Numbered from the stretch's first letter, positions 48,646-58,134 are shown. The stretch is DNA of 64,000 nt from Armatimonadota bacterium (GCA_963677485.1 OY781964.1:2434980-2498979), one strand, 5' to 3'. Notes: generated by a model from the sequence alone, not told the origin. Numbers and translations are program-made.

Positions 48646-49300
48646 GACCGGGGCGGTCTCGGTTGCCTATGTCCGGGGCGGTTTTCCCTAACCACGCCGG
48701 CCTTGATCCATGCGTGACGAGGGATTTACGGCTAACCGCCAGACCGGCGCGGTCTTGAGTCTTCTGTAGCCGCGAGCCTCCTGTCAGACCGCCCCGGACA
48801 TAGGCAATGATTGCTTCTCGATATTATGGCCAGCGTCCGGGGCGGTTTCTCCTAACCGCGCCGGTCTTGATCTATGCGTGACGAGGGATTTACGGCTATC
48901 CGCCAGACCGGCGCGGTCTTGAGCTTTCTGTAGCCGCCAGCCTCCTGTCAGACCGCCCCGGACATAGGCAATGATTACTTCTTGATATTATTGCCAGAGT
49001 CCGGGCGGTTTTCTCCTAACCGCGCCGGTCTTGATCTATGCGTGACGAGGGATTTACGGCTATCCGCCAGACCGGCGCGGTCTTGAGATTTCTGCAACCG
49101 CAAGCCGCCTGTCAGACCGCCCGGACATAGGCAATGGTAGCTTCTCAATATTATGGCCAGAGTCCGGGGCGGTTTTCCCTAACCGCGCCGGTCTTGATCT
49201 ATACGTGACGAGGGATTAACGGCTATCCGCCAGACCGGCGCGGTCTTGAGCCTTCAGTAGCCTCGAGCCACCTGTCAGACCGCCCCGGACATAGGCAATG
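48646..49300. repeat. Tandem array of four REP/MITE-like units of about 160-165 bp. Each has inverted repeats GTCCGGGGCGGT...AGACCGCCCCGGACATAGG and inner arms ACCGCGCCGGTCT...AGACCGGCGCGGT.
   Basis: Four head-to-tail copies are directly visible with scattered point differences. The array fills the whole gap between two convergent GH genes. Confidence 0.9.
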
Positions 49301-49328
49301 GTAGCACCAGCAATCCGCAGAATCTCCC

Positions 49329-52300
49329 CTACGGCAGCCTGACATCCGTGTAGCTGCCGACGCTCAACTTCGCGCTGGCGGCACTAAGGTGGACGCGCAT
49401 GGCGCCCTTGAACGGCTTATACACCAGCTTCTCGACATCATAAAGAACAGGCAGTTTGGCGGTGGGGATGGTGGCCCGGTAGGCCCCGTCCTTACCCAGC
49501 GGGATGTCCTGCCAGATGTCCTCACTGGGCACAAACTCCGCGCGGATGCTGGCTGGTGTGAGCGGTTTGCCGCTGATTTCGTAGAGCCTGGCGGCGATCT
49601 GCAGACCGCTTTTCGAAGCCGTGACGCTGGTGCGCATACCCATCTGGCCCATCAAACGGCGGGCATGGGCGATAGCCTTCACATGGTCGCCTTCAGACTG
49701 CGCGGTGTTCATGGCCTCCAGCTCATACTGACTGGCCGCGGTGAGGGCTTTCAGGCCTTTCCAGCGTGCGGCGACAGTTTTAGCCTGCGCCACGGCGGCC
49801 TGAGCTTCTTGCTGTGTGCTCTTCTGCATGAACTGCACGTAGCATTTGCCGTTAGCCTCCATCGAGACCGTGCCGCTGAAGCCTTGCCCGCTCCAACTGT
49901 CGCTGGCTACAGCAGCACTGCTCTCATACCGCGACTCCACCAACCCGAACCTCTGTGCCAGAGGGCGCAAATCCACATCCATCTTGACCGACTGGTTGCT
50001 AGTGTTGATGAACACCACAAACATATTCATGCCATCGCTGAGGGCCATCGTCTCCAGCCGCTGTCGTGCAGGAACATCCAACATGTAGCTGGCTTGAAGC
50101 AGTCTGGTACCCGGAACAGGCTGGTCGTTCAAGTAAGCCTGGCTGCCCTCGACCGCGTTTTTGGGGTCGCTCCACCAGCCCAGGTGCAGGTCCGGAGTGC
50201 CCTTGTCTGCCGTCATGCGCACATAAACTGTGGCATTAGCCGGCGGTGATTTTTGCAGGGTGAGGGTGTAGTTGGCACCATCGGTGAGAGGGGCGTCGAT
50301 ATGCTTGCTTCCCAGCAGCTCACCGGATGGGCTGTCGATGAACGCCTCCAGCGTCAGCCCATACTCATGCTTTTTCGTATAGGTAGGCACGTTGATGGAG
50401 ATGGAGGTCAGGCCCTCTGCGAATGTTTTGATGGTCTGACCCAGACTGAGACCGTCGACCACCTGATGGGCATCCCGCGGGCCGTTGAAGTTGCCGTTGC
50501 TCCAAGTGGTGGGCTGCTTGGCCATGTCGCTATTGTTGACAAGCACCGTGCGCAAGCTGTCGGGCAGTTGGCTGGCCGCATCGAACACGCTAGTGCTGGC
50601 TATCCGTCGGATTTCGCCTTTGCCCACGCGCTCTGACGCCGGGCCAGGTGTATCGGTGATGAGTATACCGCCCTGCTGTACATACTCATCGAGCTTGGTC
50701 TGCACGTCGGGCTCGATCAGTGAGTTGCCCAGGCTGATGAGGTATTCATAGCCTTTGGCCTCACCTTTGCGCAGCAGATTGTCTGAAAGATAGTATTTGG
50801 CGATCTGGTTTTGTATACAAGAGATGTGTATCTCGTCCCACTTGGGTTGATACCCACGCAGTGCCCAGGTCGGGTGCGAGCGGTAAACCGCCACCGAGGG
50901 CGTCACGGGGTGCATCCCCTCCAGCACGGGTGAAAGCAGCTTCAACTCCATAAACAGCCGGTCGATAGCCTTCTCGCCTGGAGTGCCGCGCACGCCCCAC
51001 TCGCCATCGGGCAGGGTACCCGACCACTGCACCAATCCGAGGTGCCAGGCTCCGCTGCCAATGGTCTCGCTGATGTAGCGGGTGGCGGCTTGTGGGGTGA
51101 AACTGCGTCCTCCACCGCGGGCGGTGGGATCCGTAAACTTGTAGGCCAGCCGGTTGGGGCTGTAGGGCTTGCCAAACGGCAGCAGGGTTTCAATATACTG
51201 CATGTTGAAGTAGCTCGGGTCGTCGTCTATGATGATCTGACCCGTCTCCCAGCCGTCGCTGTTGGAGACGAACAGATCAGGCGACCACCCCATGCCCGCG
51301 TAGGTGTTGCCAGTGAATATCGTGCCGTGGTTGCAGGTAAAGGCGGGCTTGCTGAGGTCCACATCACGGAAAGCCTGGTAGAACTGTCCCGAATGTTCCG
51401 CCATCGCCACGAAGCGGAAGTCCAGCCAGTCTTTCCAACTCTGCTGCTCGCTGGGAGCACGAGGCGCGTCCAGCTTCTCCCAGCTTGGGTTTTGGCTGCT
51501 CCAGGCCTTGTTCAACGCCTCTAGTGTGCCGTATTTATGTTTTAACCAGGCGCGGAAGTGGTTCAGGCTGGTTGCGCTGTAGTCGGTCCATCTATTGGCA
51601 TCAAGATAGGTGTAGTAGAGGCTTTCACCGCCCATCAGCCAGTAGATGACATTCGGGAAATCGCTCAAGGCCTTGGCGTTGATTCGGCAAAACTGCCGTG
51701 AACCCAGCACAAATGCGGGGTGCTCTAGACCGTTGCAGGGCACCATGGTGCCGAACATCCCGCCTAAAATCGGCTGGTTATACTGGTCGAGTTGCACCGA
51801 TTCGGGGAACTTCTTCATAAACCATTCGGGCATATATGGGAAACCAGGGTTATTCCAGTTACCCAGATTCGCCACCACATATAGCCCCAATTTCGACATG
51901 ATGGTGGCTTGGTTTGGACCTAGCACCAAGCACTGATGCTTCTGATCTGAGGCGACCACATCCTGCCACTGACCATTAGCATGGATCTGAAGTTCAAAAT
52001 CGAAGTTGGCGTAGTTTCCACCATCGGAGCCTGCCTTCCCCTGGGAATAGGGGTTGTTCTCCCGTGCCCACCAGGCGACATAGCTGCCGGTTGGGCGTGA
52101 AAGAACCAGCTGGTATTTACCGGCGGACTGGGGCTTAAATCGGAACTCGGCATGTTGATTGTCTTTCAGATAGCTGCTCTGCCCTTTGGCCGCGTCGGCC
52201 CACGACTTGCCGTTCCACTTCTGAAGGCTCCAGTTGCATTGGCTGTTGGTGCTCATCATGGTGGCCAGGCAAGGGCCGATACCGTCAAAAGCAGCCGTAG

Positions 52301-52592
52301 CGGTGAATGACTGCCAGAGCTTGGTGGGGGCCATCACATTGCTGACCCCGCAGCCATACGGTGCAGAGGCATCTTGCGTCGGAGTCCACATGGCACCAAT
52401 CGAACCAGTATTGGCATTGGTCTTGGCCATTTCCGCCCAGTCTGCCTGCTGATCGACAAATGGATAGCCGTAATACTGAAGCGGCTGCTTCACTATGGGC
52501 TGCCATTCCGGTTTCAGCGAGGTGCTGATGGGACCAGCCATGGCCATTCCGCCAACGACTAGAGTGATACCGAGGTGTAGAATCCGACGCAT
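49329..52592 (-). CDS. Large secreted glycoside hydrolase with a GH42-like (beta-galactosidase-type) domain.
   Basis: Signal peptide. ...YSATSLNHFRAWLKHKYGTLEALNKAW matches the GH42 F..WL...YG....LN.AW motif. 1087 aa. Confidence 0.65.
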   Translation of the reverse strand: MRRILHLGITLVVGGMAMAGPISTSLKPEWQPIVKQPLQYYGYPFVDQQADWAEMAKTNANTGSIGAMWTPTQDASAPYGCGVSNVMAPTKLWQSFTATAAFDGIGPCLATMMSTNSQCNWSLQKWNGKSWADAAKGQSSYLKDNQHAEFRFKPQSAGKYQLVLSRPTGSYVAWWARENNPYSQGKAGSDGGNYANFDFELQIHANGQWQDVVASDQKHQCLVLGPNQATIMSKLGLYVVANLGNWNNPGFPYMPEWFMKKFPESVQLDQYNQPILGGMFGTMVPCNGLEHPAFVLGSRQFCRINAKALSDFPNVIYWLMGGESLYYTYLDANRWTDYSATSLNHFRAWLKHKYGTLEALNKAWSSQNPSWEKLDAPRAPSEQQSWKDWLDFRFVAMAEHSGQFYQAFRDVDLSKPAFTCNHGTIFTGNTYAGMGWSPDLFVSNSDGWETGQIIIDDDPSYFNMQYIETLLPFGKPYSPNRLAYKFTDPTARGGGRSFTPQAATRYISETIGSGAWHLGLVQWSGTLPDGEWGVRGTPGEKAIDRLFMELKLLSPVLEGMHPVTPSVAVYRSHPTWALRGYQPKWDEIHISCIQNQIAKYYLSDNLLRKGEAKGYEYLISLGNSLIEPDVQTKLDEYVQQGGILITDTPGPASERVGKGEIRRIASTSVFDAASQLPDSLRTVLVNNSDMAKQPTTWSNGNFNGPRDAHQVVDGLSLGQTIKTFAEGLTSISINVPTYTKKHEYGLTLEAFIDSPSGELLGSKHIDAPLTDGANYTLTLQKSPPANATVYVRMTADKGTPDLHLGWWSDPKNAVEGSQAYLNDQPVPGTRLLQASYMLDVPARQRLETMALSDGMNMFVVFINTSNQSVKMDVDLRPLAQRFGLVESRYESSAAVASDSWSGQGFSGTVSMEANGKCYVQFMQKSTQQEAQAAVAQAKTVAARWKGLKALTAASQYELEAMNTAQSEGDHVKAIAHARRLMGQMGMRTSVTASKSGLQIAARLYEISGKPLTPASIRAEFVPSEDIWQDIPLGKDGAYRATIPTAKLPVLYDVEKLVYKPFKGAMRVHLSAASAKLSVGSYTDVRLP

Positions 52593-52613
52593 ATGCTGTT
52601 CCTGTCCTTCCGA

Positions 52614-53351
52614 CTAGTAGCCGAGAGACTTCATGTAGTCGATGCACTCTTTAGCGACCTGCATCGGCTTGCCGTAGGTGTCGTCCTGTTCGATGATGAG
52701 GTATTCCACACCCTTGGTGGCCTCCAGTGCGAACAGAGCTGGCCAGTCGATGGTGCCGCTGCCCACGGAGATCATCTTGCCCTCAGTGTCCATATCTTTG
52801 ACGTGCAGCAAGGGCAGGCGACCTGCTCGCTTGTTGATGGCTCCTGCGATGTCCTGCCCGCCATGCTTGACCCAGAACAGGTCGAGTTCGGCGTTCAAGT
52901 CGGGCGCATTGGTGTAAAGAAGATCGAGACCGAGCTGACCTTCATAGGTGCCGAACTCAAAGCTGTGGTTGTGATAGCACAGGGTGATACCCAGCTTGGC
53001 CAGTTTTTCGGCTCCGGCTTGCATCATGGCCGCGGAGGCCTTCCATGCGGCCGCGTCGCTGCGCATCTCTTCAGGGATGTAAGCCACTGTGAAGTATTTT
53101 GCACCGAGTGTTTTGGCGTTGGCGGCGACGGTATCGCAGTCGGCCAGGTCGTTAGGACCGCCATGCATGGAGATGGCCTGCAGGCCGTGTTTTGCGAGTG
53201 TTTCGGCCAACTTTTCAATGGACAGGCCGTAGGTGCCGGCGGTCTCAACATACTTATAGCCCATTGCGGCCAAACCGGCCAGGGTGCCGTGTAGGTCGGC
53301 ATCGGCGGCGTCACGAACGGTATACAGTTGGATAGCGAGTTGCGGTTTCAT
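52614..53351 (-). CDS. Sugar phosphate isomerase/epimerase (xylose-isomerase-like TIM barrel).
   Basis: LAIQLYTVRD...GYKYVE...LCYHNHSFEF...LLHVKD is the AP-endonuclease 2 / xylose-isomerase-like TIM-barrel signature. Confidence 0.85.
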   Translation of the reverse strand: MKPQLAIQLYTVRDAADADLHGTLAGLAAMGYKYVETAGTYGLSIEKLAETLAKHGLQAISMHGGPNDLADCDTVAANAKTLGAKYFTVAYIPEEMRSDAAAWKASAAMMQAGAEKLAKLGITLCYHNHSFEFGTYEGQLGLDLLYTNAPDLNAELDLFWVKHGGQDIAGAINKRAGRLPLLHVKDMDTEGKMISVGSGTIDWPALFALEATKGVEYLIIEQDDTYGKPMQVAKECIDYMKSLGY

Positions 53352-53462
53352 CTAGTCACCTCAAAAGAGTATTATGTGCGATGCGTACACCTTCATATTA
53401 ACCAAGATGGGGGCTGGTTCCTCTATGTGGGCCCGATTTTAGAGCTGCGAAAACTACTCAGC

Positions 53463-53489
53463 CTCACGCGAAGACGCGAAGACGCGAAG
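53463..53489. repeat. Word-repeat island W7 (CACGCGAAGACGCGAAGACGCGAAGG).
   Basis: Identical to the octamer module in W3. Confidence 0.75.
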
Positions 53490-53551
53490 GTAATGACCGG
53501 CGCGGTTTAACGACATGGGCCGGTGTCGTGGACCGAAGCTGATCAGCTCAC

Positions 53552-54170
53552 GTTGCCGCGGGTTTAGTCACCCCATGAATGGGGTTCCCTCACCGCGCGT
53601 CTAGGTTATCGCAGCCCGCAAGCGGGCGCATGTTGCCCTCCGCCAGCGCCTGCAGGAGCGTAGCGACGCGGGCAGCCATCTAATCAGCGACGGGTGATGG
53701 AGCCCCCTGGGGCGATGGAACCCGTCGACACGGGACGGTCGTTGATATCGGAGGTGTTTAGCCCTCGCTGCCGCGGGTTTAGTCACCCCGTGAACGGGGT
53801 TCCCTCACCGCGCGTCTAGGTATTGGCAGCCCGTAATCGGGCGCATGGCCCTCCGCCAGCGCCCGCAGGAGCGAAGCGACGCGGGCAGCCATCTGATCAG
53901 CGACGGGTGATGGAGCCCCCTGGGGCGATGGAACCCGTCGACTCGGGGCCGCTCACCTATATCGCAGGCTACCAGCCTCGCTGCCGCGGGTTTAGTCACC
54001 CCATGAATGGGGTTCCTTCACCGCGCGTATAGGTATTTGCAGCCCGCAAGCGGGCGCATGGCCCTCCGCCAGCGCCCGCTGGAGCGAAGCCGACGCGGGC
54101 AGCCAACTGATCAGCGACGGGTGATGGAGCCCCCTGGGGCGATGGAACCTGTCGACACGGGCGTGTTGAC
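53552..54170. repeat. Tandem array of about 2.9 copies of a 216-bp unit rich in hairpins. Candidate structured ncRNA or satellite.
   Basis: Units start at 53552, 53768 and 53984 (period 216). The hairpin CACCCCATGAATGGGGT in units 1 and 3 reads CACCCCGTGAACGGGGT in unit 2; the A-T pair becomes G-C, a compensatory change. Other conserved hairpins: GCCCGCAAGCGGGC and GCCCCCTGGGGC. The small ORFs at 53601-54204 are repeat artefacts. Confidence 0.85.
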
Positions 54171-54234
54171 CCATGTCAAGGCAGGAGAGAAAAGGTATGG
54201 TCATAGCTACAAAATCCCTCCGCCGTCCGTTGCT

Positions 54235-55308
54235 CTACCAGCAGCTCTTCAGCAGCTCAATCATATACCGGAAGTTCTCAAACTTCGCGTCGGCAGGCAC
54301 GGCGTGGTCGACCGCCGGTATCCAGCCGCCCCGCGCATACAGCTCACAAGCCTTGGGCACGACCTCGTTCCACACATCCTGCCGGCTGCGTGACAACACC
54401 CGCTTGTCCAGACCGCCAAAGAACTTGAACTCGGGGAAGCGTCGGGCGTAGTCGAGCAGCGACTGCACCGAGGCGATCTCCACCGGACTGGTGCCTTCGA
54501 TACCCGCCTCAATCCAGAGCGGAATCAACTCCGAAATATGGCCGTCGCAATCCACAAACACCGTCTCGCAGCCCAGAGATCGGGCTTCCTGCACCAGTTC
54601 TTGGTATCTTGGCACAAGCTTTTGCCTGATGATGGCCGGGCTGACCATGCAGGCGGTCTTGTAGGCCATGTCTTCGCTGATCATCAAGTTGTCGATACGG
54701 GCCCCAGCCAGATGCGTACGCAGCAGCCGGATGTTAAAGTCCAGAACGAAGTCGAGCATCTCATCGATCAACTCAGGCTGGTCGATGAAGGCGATGGAGA
54801 GCCCCTCAAACCCCAGCCACTGCCGCATGGTCCAGTAGAAGCCCAGTATGGTGAACATGAACGGCCGGTCGCTCGTATGGCTGCGGGCGATGGCCTCATC
54901 GTAACCGGGGTATTGCCGCCCCAGGTCTTCGGGGTCATACCTCTGCGTCATCGCCAGGAAGTCCTGCCTGCTTTCCACAGGGAACTTCAGCCATTTGCGT
55001 GTGACGAACCCGGAGCCCTGCGCGTCGACTCCGTCGATGCGCAGCGCACCCTCTTCGTCATAGTAAGTGATGTGGCCGTCTTTCTGCTCCACTACCCGTT
55101 TTTCAAACTGCGGGTAGTGTGAGATCGCCACCGGGATACCGTCAAACTGGTCATACCCCAGCAGCTCCTCAGTGGATATACCCTCAGGATGCCCCTGCTT
55201 CAGCCACTCCTTCATGGTGGCGGGGCGTGTGGGGAACGTCCAGATGAATGGAGCATCGGGACGTTCGAATCGCATGATCTTGTGGAATCGCTCCCTGGGT
55301 GTCATCAT
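54235..55308 (-). CDS. Uroporphyrinogen decarboxylase (URO-D)-family protein, second paralog.
   Basis: 357 aa, the same length as 29116-30189. ...VFVDCDGHISELIPLWIEAGIEGTSPVE parallels ...VFYHTDGAAEALIPRLIDAGIDILNPIQ. Confidence 0.75.
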   Translation of the reverse strand: MMTPRERFHKIMRFERPDAPFIWTFPTRPATMKEWLKQGHPEGISTEELLGYDQFDGIPVAISHYPQFEKRVVEQKDGHITYYDEEGALRIDGVDAQGSGFVTRKWLKFPVESRQDFLAMTQRYDPEDLGRQYPGYDEAIARSHTSDRPFMFTILGFYWTMRQWLGFEGLSIAFIDQPELIDEMLDFVLDFNIRLLRTHLAGARIDNLMISEDMAYKTACMVSPAIIRQKLVPRYQELVQEARSLGCETVFVDCDGHISELIPLWIEAGIEGTSPVEIASVQSLLDYARRFPEFKFFGGLDKRVLSRSRQDVWNEVVPKACELYARGGWIPAVDHAVPADAKFENFRYMIELLKSCW

Positions 55309-55313
55309 GGCTA

Positions 55314-56549
55314 TTACCTGCGGTAATCGGCTAAGGGAACCAGCTCCGACAGTCGCACGTTGCGGTGCTCTGCAATGGAGGTGTTCGCCGAGATGCCGAT
55401 CAGAATAGAGACGGCACCAGCATAGGAACCCGCGGCGTGACCTAGCGGGTCAGGCACGTTGCCCTCGAACAGCATCTTCAGCAGCCGCGCATCACCACCG
55501 CCGTGGCCTCCGGTTGACTTTGGCACCGCGTAGGTCAGTTTAGCCCCGGTGCGGTCGTATATGTCGTAACTAAATGCCGGGTCGGCGGTACGCATTCCGC
55601 TATGATATTCGGCCGCTTCCAGCCGCCCCTTGGTTCCGCTGATGGCGATCTTCCAACCCTCATATGGCGAGTGGGCGATCAGCGAATAGGTGAGCAGAGC
55701 TCCGCGTGAATAGCGCACATTCACGCTCATGCTGTCCTCGATGTCTATCTCATCGGCGAACACGCAACGGTCACGGAAATAGCTGTCAGCCGATTCGCAG
55801 TTGAGGTACATCGCACTGCCGAAGCTGTCTTTGGTGATGTCGTAGAAGAATTCGCAAGTGTTCTTGTGTAGGCAGGTCAGGCATCTCTCGCCGCGGTTCT
55901 CACGGGTGGGACCATAGAATCGCCGTGTGCCGAATGCCATGACCTCTTCGGGCTCCTCGTCGATCCACCAGTTCACCATGTCAAAGTGGTGGGTGGATTT
56001 GTGAACCAGCAGGCCGCCAGAGTTCTCTTTTTTACGGTGCCAGCGGCGGAAGTAGTCAGCACCATGTGTGGTGTCCAGCAGATACTCAAAGTCCACATTT
56101 AGAATATCGCCCACGGCACCGTCCTTCAGCGCCTGCTTGATGGCGGTGACATACGGGGTATACCGATAGTTGAAGGTGATGGTCAGCTTCCTGCCCGTGC
56201 GCTTCTCGCACTCCAGCAGAGCCTGGCATTTCGCGGGGTCGATGGTCATGGGCTTTTCGGATATGACGTCGATACCGGCCTCCATGCACTTGATGGCATA
56301 TTCATGGTGGAAGCGGTCGACCGTGGTGATGATGGCGGCATCTGGCTTGGTTTCGGCCAGCATCAGGTCGACATCCTCATAGATGGAGCAGTCCAGACCG
56401 GCCTGCTTGACCACTTCCTGGCAGCGCAGAATGTTGATGTCATAGATTCCGACCACTTTAGCGCAGTGGCTGAAGGTGTTGGCGATGGGCTGGGCATACA
56501 TATAGAGTGCCCTACCGCTGGCTCCGATCAGTACATATCTTTTTTGCAT
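55314..56549 (-). CDS. Gfo/Idh/MocA-family oxidoreductase.
   Basis: YVLIGASGRA...IITTVDRFHHEYAIKCMEAGIDVISEKP carries the NAD-binding Rossmann fold plus the EKP motif. Confidence 0.88.
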   Translation of the reverse strand: MQKRYVLIGASGRALYMYAQPIANTFSHCAKVVGIYDINILRCQEVVKQAGLDCSIYEDVDLMLAETKPDAAIITTVDRFHHEYAIKCMEAGIDVISEKPMTIDPAKCQALLECEKRTGRKLTITFNYRYTPYVTAIKQALKDGAVGDILNVDFEYLLDTTHGADYFRRWHRKKENSGGLLVHKSTHHFDMVNWWIDEEPEEVMAFGTRRFYGPTRENRGERCLTCLHKNTCEFFYDITKDSFGSAMYLNCESADSYFRDRCVFADEIDIEDSMSVNVRYSRGALLTYSLIAHSPYEGWKIAISGTKGRLEAAEYHSGMRTADPAFSYDIYDRTGAKLTYAVPKSTGGHGGGDARLLKMLFEGNVPDPLGHAAGSYAGAVSILIGISANTSIAEHRNVRLSELVPLADYRR

Positions 56550-56567
56550 GATGGCTTTTGTTTTCCC

Positions 56568-57614
56568 TTAGCTTTTGTTGATAGCGACCGGTCCGGTGGA
56601 ACCCCTGACGACCAGTTCAGTTAGTATGGTATGTGAGTTGGATGGTAACTGTGGTTGGAGACGCAGGTTGCGAAGCACCAGCACCGCCAGCCTGGCGATT
56701 TCGGCAGGGTTGTCCTTCACTGTGGTCAGAGGTGGATCACAGTAGAGCCCCTCTTCTGTGGCACCCCAGCCGACGATGGACAGATCGTCCGGTATCCGCA
56801 GCCCCATGTTCTGAGCACCTCGGATGGCACCGATCGCCAACGGGTCGTTGACGGCGACCATGGCGGTGACATCCGGGCGGCGGGTTAGAAGTTGTTTCAC
56901 CGCCTCAATGCCTCCAGGGAATGAGGCTTCCGAGCTGGTCTGGATCAGTGCAGGATCGAATGCGATCCCCGCCAACGCCAGACCTTCGCAGTAACCTGCG
57001 TATTTGGCCACCGAGGTGGCTCCGGTTAGGTCCGCGCCGGGCAGGAAGGCGATCTTCCGATGTCCCAGTGCTGCGAGGTGCGACACGCTGTCACGGAAGG
57101 CTTGTATTCGGTCTGAGGTCACCGACAGGATATCGGCACCGCCGTAGGGGTAGAGGCTGACCAGCGGCGTTCCTGCTTGTTTGGCTTGCAGCATGTATTC
57201 CTGAGCGGCATCGAATGCATCCCACATCATCAGTATCCCGAAAGGCTGCAGGTCGATGGCGCGCTGGAACATATCGACCGTCTCCTGGTGTGATCCGGCG
57301 ACGTAGACCGCCGTGGGCAGGTTGGCGATGGCGGAGTTGCGGGTCAGCTCCATGAACAGGTCCACCGTGCCGCCGCGGATGCGGGTGCCGGAGACGACGA
57401 TGATGATCATGTCCAGATATCCGCGCTTCAGCGCCGCGCCGATGACATCCAGCTTATAGCCCATCGCGGCGGCGGTTTCCAGGATTCGGGTCCGCACCGA
57501 ATCCGATATGCGCGAACTTTTCTTGCCAGAGAGCACATACTGCGCACTGGCGTAGGACACCTCGGCCGCATCTGCCACATCGCGGATTCGGACCTTTCGG
57601 CCGGCTTCAGCCAT
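56568..57614 (-). CDS. LacI-family transcriptional regulator.
   Basis: VRIRDVADAAEVSYASAQYVLSG helix-turn-helix, followed by a periplasmic-binding-protein-like sugar-binding domain. Confidence 0.88.
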   Translation of the reverse strand: MAEAGRKVRIRDVADAAEVSYASAQYVLSGKKSSRISDSVRTRILETAAAMGYKLDVIGAALKRGYLDMIIIVVSGTRIRGGTVDLFMELTRNSAIANLPTAVYVAGSHQETVDMFQRAIDLQPFGILMMWDAFDAAQEYMLQAKQAGTPLVSLYPYGGADILSVTSDRIQAFRDSVSHLAALGHRKIAFLPGADLTGATSVAKYAGYCEGLALAGIAFDPALIQTSSEASFPGGIEAVKQLLTRRPDVTAMVAVNDPLAIGAIRGAQNMGLRIPDDLSIVGWGATEEGLYCDPPLTTVKDNPAEIARLAVLVLRNLRLQPQLPSNSHTILTELVVRGSTGPVAINKS

Positions 57615-57713
57615 AGTGATGGCCCCTTTCAGGGTAAGTAATTCGAGTAACCATGTTTATCATATCGGGTTTTCGTGGGATTTCAAGGGGGCAGGGAACA
57701 GCGGAGGGGAGGT

Positions 57714-58071
57714 GGGGCTGAACCGCGGATGGACGCAGATAGACGCGGATGGGGAGGAGTATCTGAACCACGGATTACGCGGATGACACGGATGGGTTCG
57801 GATGGAGAGGGAGTGCCTACACCACGGATGGACGCAGATAGACGCCGATGGGGGAGTGTCTGAACCGCGGCTTACGCGGATGACACGGATGGGTTCGGAT
57901 GGAGAGGGAGTGTCTATTCTACGGATGGACACGGATGGACACGGATGGACACCGATGGGTTCGGATGGGAGGTGCATCATCAACCACTATACACAGTTAC
58001 TTATCCTCTATGGTTCAGATGCTCCCTCTCCATCTGTGTCATCATGAAAATCCGTGTAATCCGTGGTTCAG
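57714..58071. repeat. Word-repeat island W8 (CTGAACCGCGGATGGACGCAGATAGACGCGGATGG, CTGAACCACGGATTACGCGGATGACACGGATGGGTTCGGATGG x2, ACGGATGGACACGGATGGACACGGATGGACACCGATGG...AATCCGTGTAATCCGTGGTTCAG).
   Basis: Direct reading with 10-bp periodicity. It ends with a reverse-complement copy of the GAACCACGGATTAC module. Confidence 0.85.
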
Positions 58072-58134
58072 AAAAATAACTACAGCGGCAGTGGGCGTCG
58101 GGGATGTGCTAATCAGGCGAACAGCAGAAGGCCA

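Noticed and set aside
48646-49300. CRISPR array hypothesis for the 4x tandem REP units, and for the 3x 216-bp array at 53552-54170.
   Set aside because: The units are contiguous, with no unique spacers between repeats. The units are 160-216 bp, far longer than CRISPR repeats, and internally palindromic in a REP/MITE-like way. No cas genes are present in the window.
53601-54204. Three tandem Arg-rich 61-70-aa ORFs (MTKPAAAR...PRVDGFHRPRGLHHPSLIRWLPASLRSC...) in the 216-bp repeat array, as a possible small-protein gene family.
   Set aside because: The conserved segment coincides with the hairpin-rich nucleotide core. The copies differ at the ORF N- and C-termini through indels that break the frames, and a base-pair covariation is seen at the RNA/DNA level instead. 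A structured non-coding element is more parsimonious.
55254-55262. GTTCGAATC, a tRNA T-loop-like motif.
   Set aside because: It lies inside the confident URO-D-like CDS (54235-55308). There is no acceptor-stem or anticodon-arm complementarity around it. No other tRNA-like cloverleaf was found in the window.
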